The translations under genes were made by a program, and so were the position numbers. The notes below the pieces were generated by a model. It worked only from the letters and a program-made list of their open reading frames with translations. It was not told where the DNA came from and made no database searches. From an uncultured virus (IMG/VR IMGVR_UViG_3300025626_000022) (Duplodnaviria > Heunggongvirae > Uroviricota > Caudoviricetes > Crassvirales), in the IMG/VR virus record IMGVR_UViG_3300025626_000022: a DNA stretch of 64,000 bases; one strand, written 5' to 3'. Positions 49,181 through 59,227 of this stretch are shown here, in pieces (the stretch's first letter is position 1; each line of letters opens with the position of its first letter).

Positions 49181-50206
49181 TTAGTCGTTTCTTTTTACAA
49201 CGTACTTGCCTTTTTTGTCTTTTTTCACATTAGAATAATCTTGGACACTTAATTGAGGGTAATTTTTAGGATTATTACCTTTATTTTTAAATTTAGACTC
49301 AAAATCGTCTTCACTTACCATGTCACCAACATTGTACTTGTCAAAACCTCTAACAGTATCACCTTGTACCATCTTACTTTTGGGTTTTCCAGGTCCACCA
49401 TTCATATTAAGTGGTGAATGACTGCTGCCTTTCATATGTCTTAACACTTTGCTTGCTCCCATGTGTGATAAAGCTTTAGGCTCTTGGTCAATTACAGGTC
49501 CACCATAAGATAAGTCTCTTGACATATTCATAGGAGATTCTTTTTTTCCGTACATTTTAGCAGGTGAAGCTTCTATTTTAGCTTTTAACTCAGGTGGTAA
49601 GTTGTTTTGTTTTCCAACTAGCTCCTTTTCAAGAGGTGATTTTTTACCATACATATTCATGGGTGATTTATCATCAGCTCTTTCATTTTCTAAATAATGT
49701 AATCTAGCCGATGCTGATAAATTCTTATTGTAAGCTTCTTTGTTGTCATAAGCTTTGCCAGTCATTTTAGCTGGAGATTCTGATCTTTTCACTTTAATAT
49801 CTTTTGCAGATACTGTTTTAGCTCCTTTTGCATCTCTTCTACCTTTTCTAGCAATTTTTTTACTATCACCGCCTTGTCCAGCAACATTTGTAGATTTAAG
49901 TTGTTTTTTTACAGTACCATCTTTTTTATACTTAGTGTAGCTTCTTGTAGAAGGATCTTTTACATCAACTTCAACTGCTTTAGTTTTTAAATTTCTAGGC
50001 GAAGCAGAATATCTAGTTTCTTTTTTAGTTGAACCTTTGTAAGTTCCTTTTTTATCAAAACCTGCATTGCCTCGTCTGCTTGTTGTTTCTGACTTTAAAG
50101 TACCATCTTTTCTATATACTTTTACGCTTCTTTTCTTTTCAGCTGCAGTATTACTTGATGTTACTACTTTCTTTTTTGTTTTTTTATTGACTGGTGATTT
50201 TTTCAT
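49181..50206 (-). CDS. Basic SP-motif repeat protein, putative internal head polyprotein
   Basis: KSPVNK, ESPAKM, KSPMNM, KSPLEK, ASPAKM, ESPMNM, HSPLNM. Confidence 0.65.
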   Translation of the reverse strand: MKKSPVNKKTKKKVVTSSNTAAEKKRSVKVYRKDGTLKSETTSRRGNAGFDKKGTYKGSTKKETRYSASPRNLKTKAVEVDVKDPSTRSYTKYKKDGTVKKQLKSTNVAGQGGDSKKIARKGRRDAKGAKTVSAKDIKVKRSESPAKMTGKAYDNKEAYNKNLSASARLHYLENERADDKSPMNMYGKKSPLEKELVGKQNNLPPELKAKIEASPAKMYGKKESPMNMSRDLSYGGPVIDQEPKALSHMGASKVLRHMKGSSHSPLNMNGGPGKPKSKMVQGDTVRGFDKYNVGDMVSEDDFESKFKNKGNNPKNYPQLSVQDYSNVKKDKKGKYVVKRND

Positions 50207-50233
50207 TTTAAATTTGTTGTTTGTTGTTTTTTT

Positions 50234-50638
50234 TTAATTTTTTAAGCAATCGTAAGTAGATGATACTTGACCACCTGATGTAACTTCCATTACTTTTTCA
50301 TTAGCCATTTTATAAGAGCCTGTTCCAAGAACTGTACTACAACCGCTATCAGTGTAAACATTATCTCCAGCTACTGGAAAACTACCAGATCCATTATGGT
50401 ATAAAGTATCTTCTGGTTCCCCTTCACAAGGTTCTTTTGATGACCTTGAAGTACTAGTAAAAGCAGTACAGGTACTAGCTGATTGTCCATAAAAATCATT
50501 TGCTAGTTCTATATTACTAGTTACTGTAGGAGTTGGTAACGTAGATCCAAAAGTGTACAAAGACATATTAGTACTACCTTGGCTAAATTCTGTAGCTATA
50601 TCTTGCATTGATAATGGGCCTGAACTAGGTAATGCCAT
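50234..50638 (-). CDS. Fibre-associated adhesin-like protein
   Basis: MALPSSGPLSMQDIATEF...LANDFYG N-terminus typical of proteins following S74 fibres; Cys-containing C-domain. Confidence 0.55.
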   Translation of the reverse strand: MALPSSGPLSMQDIATEFSQGSTNMSLYTFGSTLPTPTVTSNIELANDFYGQSASTCTAFTSTSRSSKEPCEGEPEDTLYHNGSGSFPVAGDNVYTDSGCSTVLGTGSYKMANEKVMEVTSGGQVSSTYDCLKN

Positions 50639-51525
50639 TATATTAATCTTTTTAAGCCATCAACTTGTTTTGATAAGTCTTTTATAGCTTCTATTAGTAG
50701 TGGTACAATTTTTTCATACTTAACAGCTTTATAACCGCTATCTCTAGTAGTAACCACATCTGGTAGTATTTTTTCTATTTCTTGAGCTATAACACCTATA
50801 TCATGTCCACTATTGCCGTGAACCTCTTCTTTTTCTATCCAGTCAAACTCTATACCTTGTATACTATTAACTTTATCTAAAGCTTTATCAATAGTTTTAA
50901 TATTATCTTTTAATCTAATGTCAGAAGTAGAAAAAGCTACAACATCATTAGCTGCATCTATTCTACCTACTGTTGTTGATGGTGTGATAGCGCCAACTGC
51001 TAGGGAAATTGTAGATTTTAATGCTCCAGTGCTAGTTATAGAAACTCTTGAATTAGTATTGTTAGTTCCAAAATTTATACTACCACTACCTGCTGCAGTT
51101 ACAAAAAACATTGATCTGTTAGCTGCAGTCTGTATCATATTAAATTGATTATCTCCCTCTATAGAAAACTCAAAGCCAGAATTAGCGTTAGCTACAAACT
51201 TAGTACATTCCATAGTACCAGTTGTTTCTAATGTTGTTCCATCAAAAGTTAAAGCAGATTCACCGTTTAGAGCTGTAGCGCTAGAAAAAGTAGCTACTCT
51301 ATTATTAGATCCATTAGCCGATGTTACTGTCCCTGTATTCGTTGTATAACCTTCCCCGTTTGTTAATTGATTATTGTTTGTTGGTATAGTGGTACTATTA
51401 AAGGCGTTTGAACCTAGTTCTCTAGTCCCAACAACATTTGATGGATTAATCATCAAAGCAGTTGCTTCACTACCTTGTGCTGGTAGACCATCAATAGATA
51501 TTCCGTCTAAAAAATTTATTGCCAT
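50638..51525 (-). CDS. Tail fibre with C-terminal peptidase S74 chaperone
   Basis: STSDIRLKDNI...GIEFDW...IGVIAQEIEKILP...VKYEKIVPLLIEAIKDL. Confidence 0.85.
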   Translation of the reverse strand: MAINFLDGISIDGLPAQGSEATALMINPSNVVGTRELGSNAFNSTTIPTNNNQLTNGEGYTTNTGTVTSANGSNNRVATFSSATALNGESALTFDGTTLETTGTMECTKFVANANSGFEFSIEGDNQFNMIQTAANRSMFFVTAAGSGSINFGTNNTNSRVSITSTGALKSTISLAVGAITPSTTVGRIDAANDVVAFSTSDIRLKDNIKTIDKALDKVNSIQGIEFDWIEKEEVHGNSGHDIGVIAQEIEKILPDVVTTRDSGYKAVKYEKIVPLLIEAIKDLSKQVDGLKRLI

Positions 51526-51549
51526 TTAATTTAATTTAATTGTATTTTT

Positions 51550-53055
51550 TTAACCTATTTTTTGGACTAAGCATCTTATATTTGCTGAAGCAGCTGTTGT
51601 AACTACAACTTGGTTAACGCTTGTTCTGTCTACAGAAGCATATACTGTTTCATTATTTGTAAGATCGTACACTTGAACTATAACATCAAGAGTGTTAAGG
51701 TTATGGTTAAAAGTGTGTGTAGTTCCAGAAGAGCTAGTACCCGCGAAAGAGTTTTTACTTCTAAAATAATCTGCCATTAACTGTGAAGTGATACTAAAGT
51801 TTCCTTGTGTATTTACCGAGCCTTGAAACATTGCAAATTTATCGTCGTCTGCTAAAACTGTAGCTAATGAAAGGCTCTTTATATTGAATCCCACTGTAGC
51901 TGTTCCATTAGAATAAGAAAGTGATAAACCTTCATCGTTGGTGGAAGTACTAGCATTAACGTTGCCAATACCAACTGTCGATGCTGTTGCTAAGTCAGTG
52001 TCAGATTGTATTACTGCAAAGTCACCTTCTACGGATGCTCCAGCAGCAGCAGCAGTTTGAACTAATACTGAATCACCAGGCGTTAAAGGAGTAGCAGCAT
52101 TGCCAAAGAAATCACCTGCAACAGTTACTACATAGTAATCACCTATTGCAATAGCAACTCTAGAACCACCACTTGTTAAATTACCACCACTAACTATAGC
52201 ACCAGTGGTAGCGTTAAATCCACCTTTTACATTTAAACCACCTGCAACCGCAGAATCAACATAAGCCTTTGTAGCGGCGTCTTGAGCTGCAGACGGATCA
52301 GTAACATTATTAATTAAGTTGCTATCCATATCTATAGCTGCTGTTGCAGCTGCCCAAGATGATATAGGTATAGAATTAGCTGTAATTTTCCTAGCGTGTA
52401 TTCCCCCTGGAGCTGCACTAAAGTCGTGTACAGCTAGTACATCTTTTCCTGCATCAAAAGTACCAGAGTAACTTGCTAAATCAAGAATATTAAGATTAAA
52501 CGAAACAGTGTCTGTTGCCGATGCTACTGTGTCTATACCACCGTTACTAGCGCCTAATAAAGATACTGTATCGTCATTTTCTATAGTTTGTGTTGTACCT
52601 GAGTCACCTGAAAGTTCAAAAGAATTCATTGTGCCACTGCTACCACTAGCAGCTGATGTAAGTCTACCTTGAGCATCTACAGTTATATTTGCGCTTGTAT
52701 AACTTCCAGCTGATACAGCTGTATCGTCTAAGTTAATTGTTACTGTTCCAGTTGGAGAAGGCGAACTAGCTGAAGTGCTTATGCCTGTACCTCCTGTAAA
52801 ATCTAATGTAACGCCACTTGATACGTTGTAACTAGTTCCTGCGTCTGCTTGAACAGTCCATCCAGTATATGTTCCAGCTGATGGATCTATCCAATCTGTA
52901 CCATCGTAGTATTTAAACTTGTTTGCTGTTGAGTTGTATATCATTTGTCCAGATACTGGAGCGGATACATTCGCGTCTGCAGTTTCCACTTGTAATCTAG
53001 CTCCAAGAAGCTGATTTTGGTTAAATTGAACGTTGTCTAAAAAATTTATTGCCAT
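51550..53055 (-). CDS. Tail fibre protein
   Basis: AGSYTSANITVDAQGRLTSA, DPSAAQDAATKAYVD, HNLNTLDVIVQVYD fibre motifs. Confidence 0.75.
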   Translation of the reverse strand: MAINFLDNVQFNQNQLLGARLQVETADANVSAPVSGQMIYNSTANKFKYYDGTDWIDPSAGTYTGWTVQADAGTSYNVSSGVTLDFTGGTGISTSASSPSPTGTVTINLDDTAVSAGSYTSANITVDAQGRLTSAASGSSGTMNSFELSGDSGTTQTIENDDTVSLLGASNGGIDTVASATDTVSFNLNILDLASYSGTFDAGKDVLAVHDFSAAPGGIHARKITANSIPISSWAAATAAIDMDSNLINNVTDPSAAQDAATKAYVDSAVAGGLNVKGGFNATTGAIVSGGNLTSGGSRVAIAIGDYYVVTVAGDFFGNAATPLTPGDSVLVQTAAAAGASVEGDFAVIQSDTDLATASTVGIGNVNASTSTNDEGLSLSYSNGTATVGFNIKSLSLATVLADDDKFAMFQGSVNTQGNFSITSQLMADYFRSKNSFAGTSSSGTTHTFNHNLNTLDVIVQVYDLTNNETVYASVDRTSVNQVVVTTAASANIRCLVQKIG

Positions 53056-53063
53056 CTTGTTTA

Positions 53064-53432
53064 TTAATTGAAATACGCTTTACCCGAAAAGGGCGCGCTA
53101 AATGTTAGTTGTACTTGGTCAGTATTTATATATTTTACATTACCTATCATTACCACGTTTGAATCACTAACAACTGTCACAGAGGGATATTTGTTTAAAC
53201 CATGTGACACATATCTAGTAGCTTCAGGTATTGTAGCATCTCCCCATACTCTTAAAGGTATGCTTTGGTTAATGATAGTAGAATTTTCTTCAATTACATA
53301 CCCTGCCAATATCTCTAACGATGTATTCTTTGTATTGAATCCTACGGTTGAGGAATCTACATCCGATATAGTTATCTCATCTTTTGAATTTAATGGAGCT
53401 TTCTTAAAAGGATATGTAGTTATTATTGGCAT
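53064..53432 (-). CDS. Fibre-associated structural protein
   Basis: HGLNKYPSVTVV...GNVKY...LTFSAPFSGKAYFN; N-terminus similar to 47322-49169. Confidence 0.6.
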   Translation of the reverse strand: MPIITTYPFKKAPLNSKDEITISDVDSSTVGFNTKNTSLEILAGYVIEENSTIINQSIPLRVWGDATIPEATRYVSHGLNKYPSVTVVSDSNVVMIGNVKYINTDQVQLTFSAPFSGKAYFN

Positions 53433-53467
53433 TTATAAGTATTTAATTTTCAGCTTAGCTGTTAATA

Positions 53468-53497
53468 TAACATATCACATAAAGTTTAAGTTATTTA
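53468..53497 (-). promoter_or_regulatory. Candidate late promoter at head of the virion block
   Basis: TAAATAAC-TTAAACTTTAT-GTGATA on minus strand, about 40 bp before the first late ATG. Confidence 0.55.
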
Positions 53498-53519
53498 CAT
53501 ATATTAATAGTATAATTAG

Positions 53520-53565
53520 GGTGACAAATGCCCCTTATTATTAGCTCTAAGGGGCTAATGTCACC
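53520..53565. repeat. Interrupted inverted repeat (operator/origin candidate)
   Basis: GGTGACAAATGCCCCTTA-N10-TAAGGGGCTAATGTCACC; related copy at 61357-61400. Confidence 0.85.
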
Positions 53566-53831
53566 TTTTTATTAATTATAAGAAATATAGAAGTTTAGGG
53601 TTGCCCCCCTCCTAATCTATTTACGTGCTTAAACAAAAATGCAATATTCTAAGCGGGTCCCCGTTCCATATTTGATTTCGTTTTCATTTATATATATGAG
53701 TGCGTTGCTTGATTTAATCGATGCATCGACATTCGGTGTCCCACATTTTAGACTTTTTCTAGAACTATATTACAATGTAGATACGATTGTATATAGATAA
53801 TAATATCAACTAACAAATAAATAAAAACAAT

Positions 53832-53915
53832 ATGAAAAAATTAAATAATATAAATATAATAATGCCAGTGATAATGATAACTTATGAATTAATATTCTTA
53901 ATAAATATAGTGTAG
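53832..53915 (+). CDS. Hydrophobic micropeptide (27 aa)
   Basis: MKKLNNINIIMPVIMITYELIFLINIV behind the first promoter copy. Confidence 0.35.
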   Translation: MKKLNNINIIMPVIMITYELIFLINIV

Positions 53916-54105
53916 ACTAATTAATAATATATCACTCACTATAATAAACATCTGATATTCAGGGTAAATTATAGAGAAGTCGCGCGATACACCTAAGAAC
54001 TAAAACTAACATACAAACAAAGTTACACTCTTACAAACTAAATACGACAACAACAAGATAATAATAATAACTAAACTAAATATAAATAAATAAAATAAAA
54101 TAAAT

Positions 54106-54342
54106 ATGAAAACTAATAAACTAACAACAAAAAGATTTGTAATCAGAAAGTCTTTACTCGGTACAAATACTGTAATCACTTTCACTAACAAAAAAGATAT
54201 AACTTTCACTTATGATCATGACGAGATTTACTCAACATTTCAAGAAAAGTTTGAATCAATGAGTTGCTTTCAAAACTACAAAAGTTATACTAATTCAAAT
54301 ACAGTTCCAAAATTCTGTAGAGAATTAAGTGAAATATCTTAA
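54106..54342 (+). CDS. Early hypothetical protein
   Basis: 78 aa downstream of promoter copy at 54031. Confidence 0.7.
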   Translation: MKTNKLTTKRFVIRKSLLGTNTVITFTNKKDITFTYDHDEIYSTFQEKFESMSCFQNYKSYTNSNTVPKFCRELSEIS

Positions 54343-54351
54343 AACTAAAAG

Positions 54352-54503
54352 TCCAGTTAGTTACTTGTTTACTGGTAAATCAAATATGAATAAGTAAAAG
54401 TCGATGTTGATAGTAATACTTTAACGACTATAAATAACACGAACATATTACTCAGCACATAACTGAAATGGTTGGAAGTGAGATTCGATTTCTCACTCAG
54501 TTA
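54352..54503 (+). ncRNA. Putative structured RNA ending in a tRNA-like acceptor/T-arm module
   Basis: Two hairpins (54361-54397, 54399-54429), then TAACTGA...GTGAGA-TTCGATT-TCTCAC-TCAGTTA. Confidence 0.45.
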
Positions 54504-54559
54504 CAAACTAAAAACGACAAAGTGTCGATAATATAATAAACTAATTAAAATAAATAACT

Positions 54560-56428
54560 ATGTATAATCCAAATAATCCTTCAAACTGGTCTTGGTCAAA
54601 AGCTTTTGACGAAATGAACCAAACAGTAAATCAAGCTGAACTTACTCAACAATGTATAAACCATGTTCTAAATTATCCTGGTGAAGCTAACGGTGTTTTC
54701 ATGACACTAAACAAAACTCAACAAGATGATGTTTATGAACTACTAAATCAAATATTATGAGTACTAAAGTAATAAAAGGTAGTTATAATTTAAATACTAC
54801 AATAGATAAAATAGCAATGTCAGAATTTAAAATGCACTATTATCAACTTGGTGACAATGAAAAACAATGGTGTAATGATGAAATGATAAATAATCCTAAG
54901 TGGTTAGCTCCTTTTTGGAAACAAGAAGGTTATGTACCTGAAAGCTCAACTTGGCTAAATAATAACTAATAAATAAAATAAATATGATAGATAACTATGA
55001 ATTTGAAATATACTATGGTGAGATAGAAGAACCACTATATTTAACTAACGATAAAAACTATATTTGTGACGACATGAGAGATTTCATGGAAGAACTAGGA
55101 ATAGTAATGGAAGAAGTAATATATAAAGTACAAGTAATATAATACAAACTGAATACGATAACTAATAGATAATAACAATATGAAATATACAAACACAGAC
55201 AACTTAACAGCAATCAATTATGGTGACGGTGAAATCAAACTCATGATCTTCAACAAACATAAATCTCCTTATGGTTATTCACCTCGCGACTTAGTTGTCT
55301 CACTGTTCAGTGTTTCAACAAAAGAATTTACGTACAATTATGTACAACAAGAAGTAGACAAAGTGTATTCTACTTTTAACTACGACGAAATACACGAATT
55401 ACTAACTAAACTAAAAAACAATATATGAAAAAACTATTAATATCTGTAGGTGCATTTATACTAATGTCATCAACAGTAAACAAAACAAAATATCCTTCTG
55501 ATCAACTATGTTTCGCTATGTTAAACGTAAGTGAACTAAAAGATTGGGTGTGGAATGACTTACAAAATGGTAAAATATCACAACAACAAGCAGAAAATTA
55601 TAATGAATTACTTGAAGAAACTTATATTTTTATAGCTGATTATTACAAACATTTACCTGATGGAACTTTAGTAGATAACTTTTAAAAATAACTAATATGA
55701 TACTAACTAATAAAGAAAAAGACGAAATTACTTGGAGAGTAGTTGACTCACTATACGAAAAACTAGCTAATGAGCTAGAATATGAACTTGAAGATCACAA
55801 TGACTTCATAGAAACTAACGATGAATTTATGGATTTATTCAATGAAATGACTATAAAAATAGTAAAGTATATGAGAAGTGAATTATTTCAACCAATGACT
55901 AACGAAGATTTAAAACAATAATATGACAGAACAACAAAAAATAGAAGCAATCGCTAATGATATACAGAATGGTGTCTACGGTTGGACACAGAAATGTGGA
56001 ACAGAGTGGCAGAAGTGGACATACTCACTAATGCAAGCAAGAAAAATATATGACGGTGAATTAATAATAGATTTAAGTATAGAAAATGAATAGAGATAGA
56101 GAATGGGATTTTATAGATGATGAACTACAACAAATAGAAGATAATAGATCTTTACTAGCAACTTTTGCACTAGTAGTTAAAGAACTAGCTATAAAACACC
56201 CTAATAACCAAGAACTAGGTGCAGAAGTAAGACAATTAATACAAGATTACAAACTAAATACGAACACTAATAGATAATAATAACATGAAAACAATTAAAT
56301 TTTACCCAAGCGACAGATCACTAATAAGATTAGACGGTCAAATGCTAAAAGGCTATACTATTAATAATATACCAGACGACTACACAAGCTGGTTTAACTA
56401 TAAAGGCTTAACTTACATAACAAGTTGA
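54560..56428 (+). other. Cluster of small early hypothetical genes (54560-54760, 54757-54969, 54984-55142, 55180-55428, 55425-55685, 55697-55921, 55923-56093, 56086-56277, 56285-56428)
   Basis: Tightly packed 47-86 aa ORFs, same strand, A-rich leaders; some hand-translated. Confidence 0.65.
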
Positions 56429-56436
56429 CAAACAAC

Positions 56437-56484
56437 TGACGAAATGTAGCTCATACTTAACCGGTATGGGCTTTTCGTGGTATG
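56437..56484 (+). ncRNA. Structured leader element copy 1
   Basis: ACGAAA...AGCTCATAC-ttaaccg-GTATGGGCT-TTTCGTGGT-ATG. Confidence 0.5.
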
Positions 56485-56925
56485 AAATGTAACCACAATA
56501 TTCCACAAGCAAGATTAGATTTAGGATATACTGTCTGTGTCGAGTGTTCAACTGAAGAAAAACTCGGTTGTATTGACACTATCAACCATAAAACTGGCAA
56601 TACTGTTCAAGTAATGTCACGTGAAGATGCAGACAAAGCTAGTAAGCTTACAAAACGAGCAGGTTTTGGTATACTAAGATCTATGGCAGGTGGTTCAAGT
56701 CAACGTAAAGCTAAGTATAAATACGATGGATGCTCAACTACTTATGTAGGTAACGACGTAATGTTCGAGCAAATAGGTAAAACTTACATCGATTTCTTAG
56801 ATGTTGACAAAGAAATTGCAGAGCGCTATCTCGATCGAGCGCTAAACAACTTAGAAATATCTCAATTACAATATAATAAGATAAAGCTAGTTTGTTACAA
56901 TCTAAATACGATCACTATTGGATAA
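56482..56925 (+). CDS. Protein with DksA/TraR-like zinc-finger segment
   Basis: CNHNIPQARLDLGYTVCVECS resembles the C..IP.ARL......C..C finger. Confidence 0.5.
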   Translation: MKCNHNIPQARLDLGYTVCVECSTEEKLGCIDTINHKTGNTVQVMSREDADKASKLTKRAGFGILRSMAGGSSQRKAKYKYDGCSTTYVGNDVMFEQIGKTYIDFLDVDKEIAERYLDRALNNLEISQLQYNKIKLVCYNLNTITIG

Positions 56926-56941
56926 TATATATAAATAATAT

Positions 56942-59209
56942 ATGAATAAAATAACAAAACAACTCGAAAACTTGTATTCTTGGACAAAATTCTATCAAGA
57001 TCGAGGTAATAAAGAAGCAATTAGAAAATGTCAAACTGAAATCGCACAGTTGAAACAAGCGTTTAACAAATTAAAAACTAAAAAATGAAAGATACTAACG
57101 CTATCGAACAAGCATTGAAAGATAAATGCAAAAAAGAAATAAGCAAAGTAGTTAATGTATTTATGAATGAACTTGAAACAAAAATTAGAGGTGAATATAA
57201 TTCAGCTAGTTACTATGACTTTACGCCTCCTAATAATGAAAATAAAGCTAAATTCCACGTAATGGGTACTTCACAACTAGAAAATGTGCTATTTAGAATG
57301 ATCTCAAATGCTCATCTTGAATCTATGGTTGCTTTAAAATCAAAAGAATTAATTAAAAAACTTGAATTAGTATGAAAAATAGAACACTAAATGAAATTAG
57401 ACAATCAAAAGAGTTTCAAATTGCTAAAGCTAATGCAGATCTACAAGCGGAAGTAGCTAAAAACACTAATAAAAACCCTTTTGAACACGAAGAAGTAGAT
57501 AAAACTATTGATCAAATTGTAGAAGACTTACAACCTGTAATATATGATACTATATTTGAACTAATTTGTAATGAAATGGGTACAAAATATGTATTTGACT
57601 CATCAGAATACTTAACTGAATCAGGTTTAGAACTATTTGAAGACGAATGGTTCGAGTTTTATCATGAAAATCATGGTAAAATAATGCATAAACTACTACA
57701 AAACTTAAAATAATGAACTACTCATTAAACTTTTTAAAACAAACGGCAAGTGATTACGATATACCTTTAAACGAGGTAAAACGTATTAGAGAAAACAATA
57801 ATAGATTAGATTTCTACAACGCACTTGAACAATATTTAATAAATAAACGAAAAAACTTAAAATAATGAAGAAATTTAACGGAATGGAGTCACATCTTATA
57901 ATAGATGCACTTACTTTTTATGTAGCTCAAGTTGAAAGCGATATATTACAGATGGAAAAAGAAGGTAAAAGATCTATATTTGCACCAGGTTTTTATACTA
58001 ATATATCAAAAGAGTTAAAAGATAAAGTAAAATCTATGACTAAAAAACAAATTACAAACTAAATACGAACACTATAAGATAATATAAATATGTTATACGA
58101 TAAATTAAAACCACATATCAAAGCCAAATTGAAAGAAAACGCTAAAGAGTATGAATCTGTAAACTGGCTATTTGATAAACTAAAACAAAAAGACAATTAC
58201 TCTGACTTAACTATTGACGAGCTAAGATCTGTTTGTACATTTGGCGATGTATGGTATCATGATCTTACTCAGTCACAGCTTATATGGGGTGAATGGCTAA
58301 TAAATAAATAAATATGAACGAAGAAAAACTAGCTTTAGAAACATTAAAAGCACTAGGTGCTAAAGATACATCAAGTCCATCTCAAATAAAAAGAGGTACA
58401 ACTTGCTTTACATTACCAACAGGTGACTGTATATCTGAACACAAAACAGGTTACATTAGAAAAAATCTACTACATAAAACTGGTGGAATATATACTTGTT
58501 ATCAACTAAATCCACAATATAAGACAATTGAAAAGTCTATAAACTGGAATGGTAAAGAAGTTGAATTTGAAAGAAACAACAGAATGTTGATATGGAACAG
58601 AGCTGAAAGACTAAAAAGACTTGTATTATATACAATAAAACAAATAAACAAGTCAAATGGATAAAGATAAAAGAGATTTAGCGCTAATAATGGCAGTTTT
58701 AGCGCTACTACTCTATACAATTTTACTAACTGTCTCAATACTAAATTAAATTAACTAACATGGAACCAAAAGAACCAACACAAGAAAAAATTATAGAAGC
58801 TGTAAAAAAGTATTATGGCTTAACAATAGATGAAAACGCTTATCAAAGCGCTGATGTATATGCTTACGAAGAAACAACTGCAGATGGTTATTCTGTGTAT
58901 GTTGTAACTAATGACATGAATAGAGTATGTATATCTGAAGATGTATATTACTATGAATCTGATATACCTGAAGCTATCATGGAACAAATAAATTATTCTA
59001 ATGGCGACTGCACACTATATGCAGATCAATACTTCCTAGATGATATATACTTTGATGATGTACTACTAGAAGCATTTCAAGATATAGCTGAAAGTATATA
59101 TGACGAAATTATGAATGAAGACAGTGATTACAACTTTGACATGGCAGAACTGCAATGGCTAAAGGAAGAATTTACTGAATCAGAAGAGATTAATCAGACT
59201 GTTAGTTAG
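56942..59209 (+). other. Cluster of small early hypothetical genes (56942-57088, 57085-57375, 57372-57713, 57865-58062, 58090-58311, 58314-58664, 58760-59209 and smaller)
   Basis: Tightly packed same-strand ORFs; 58760-59209 is strongly acidic. Confidence 0.65.
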
Positions 59210-59227
59210 TTAATAGTAGTTTAGTTT

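Noticed and set aside
47322..53055. Diversity-generating retroelement acting on fibres
   Set aside because: No reverse transcriptase in the window; the 108-bp repeat is an in-frame tandem duplication without adenine-specific differences
53520..53565. Protelomerase telRL site or simple terminator
   Set aside because: Repeat is interrupted by a 10-bp spacer, no protelomerase or integrase is visible, and a same-span copy over a start codon fits a protein-binding site better; a terminator role is not fully excluded because a T-tract follows
54460..54506. Canonical tRNA gene
   Set aside because: Only about 45 nt; no D arm or anticodon arm; kept as a tRNA-like element
56436..56490. Hammerhead ribozyme (CTGACGA...GAAA)
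   Set aside because: Stem II and flanking stems do not pair as required, and the core is absent from the second copy at 59228-59297
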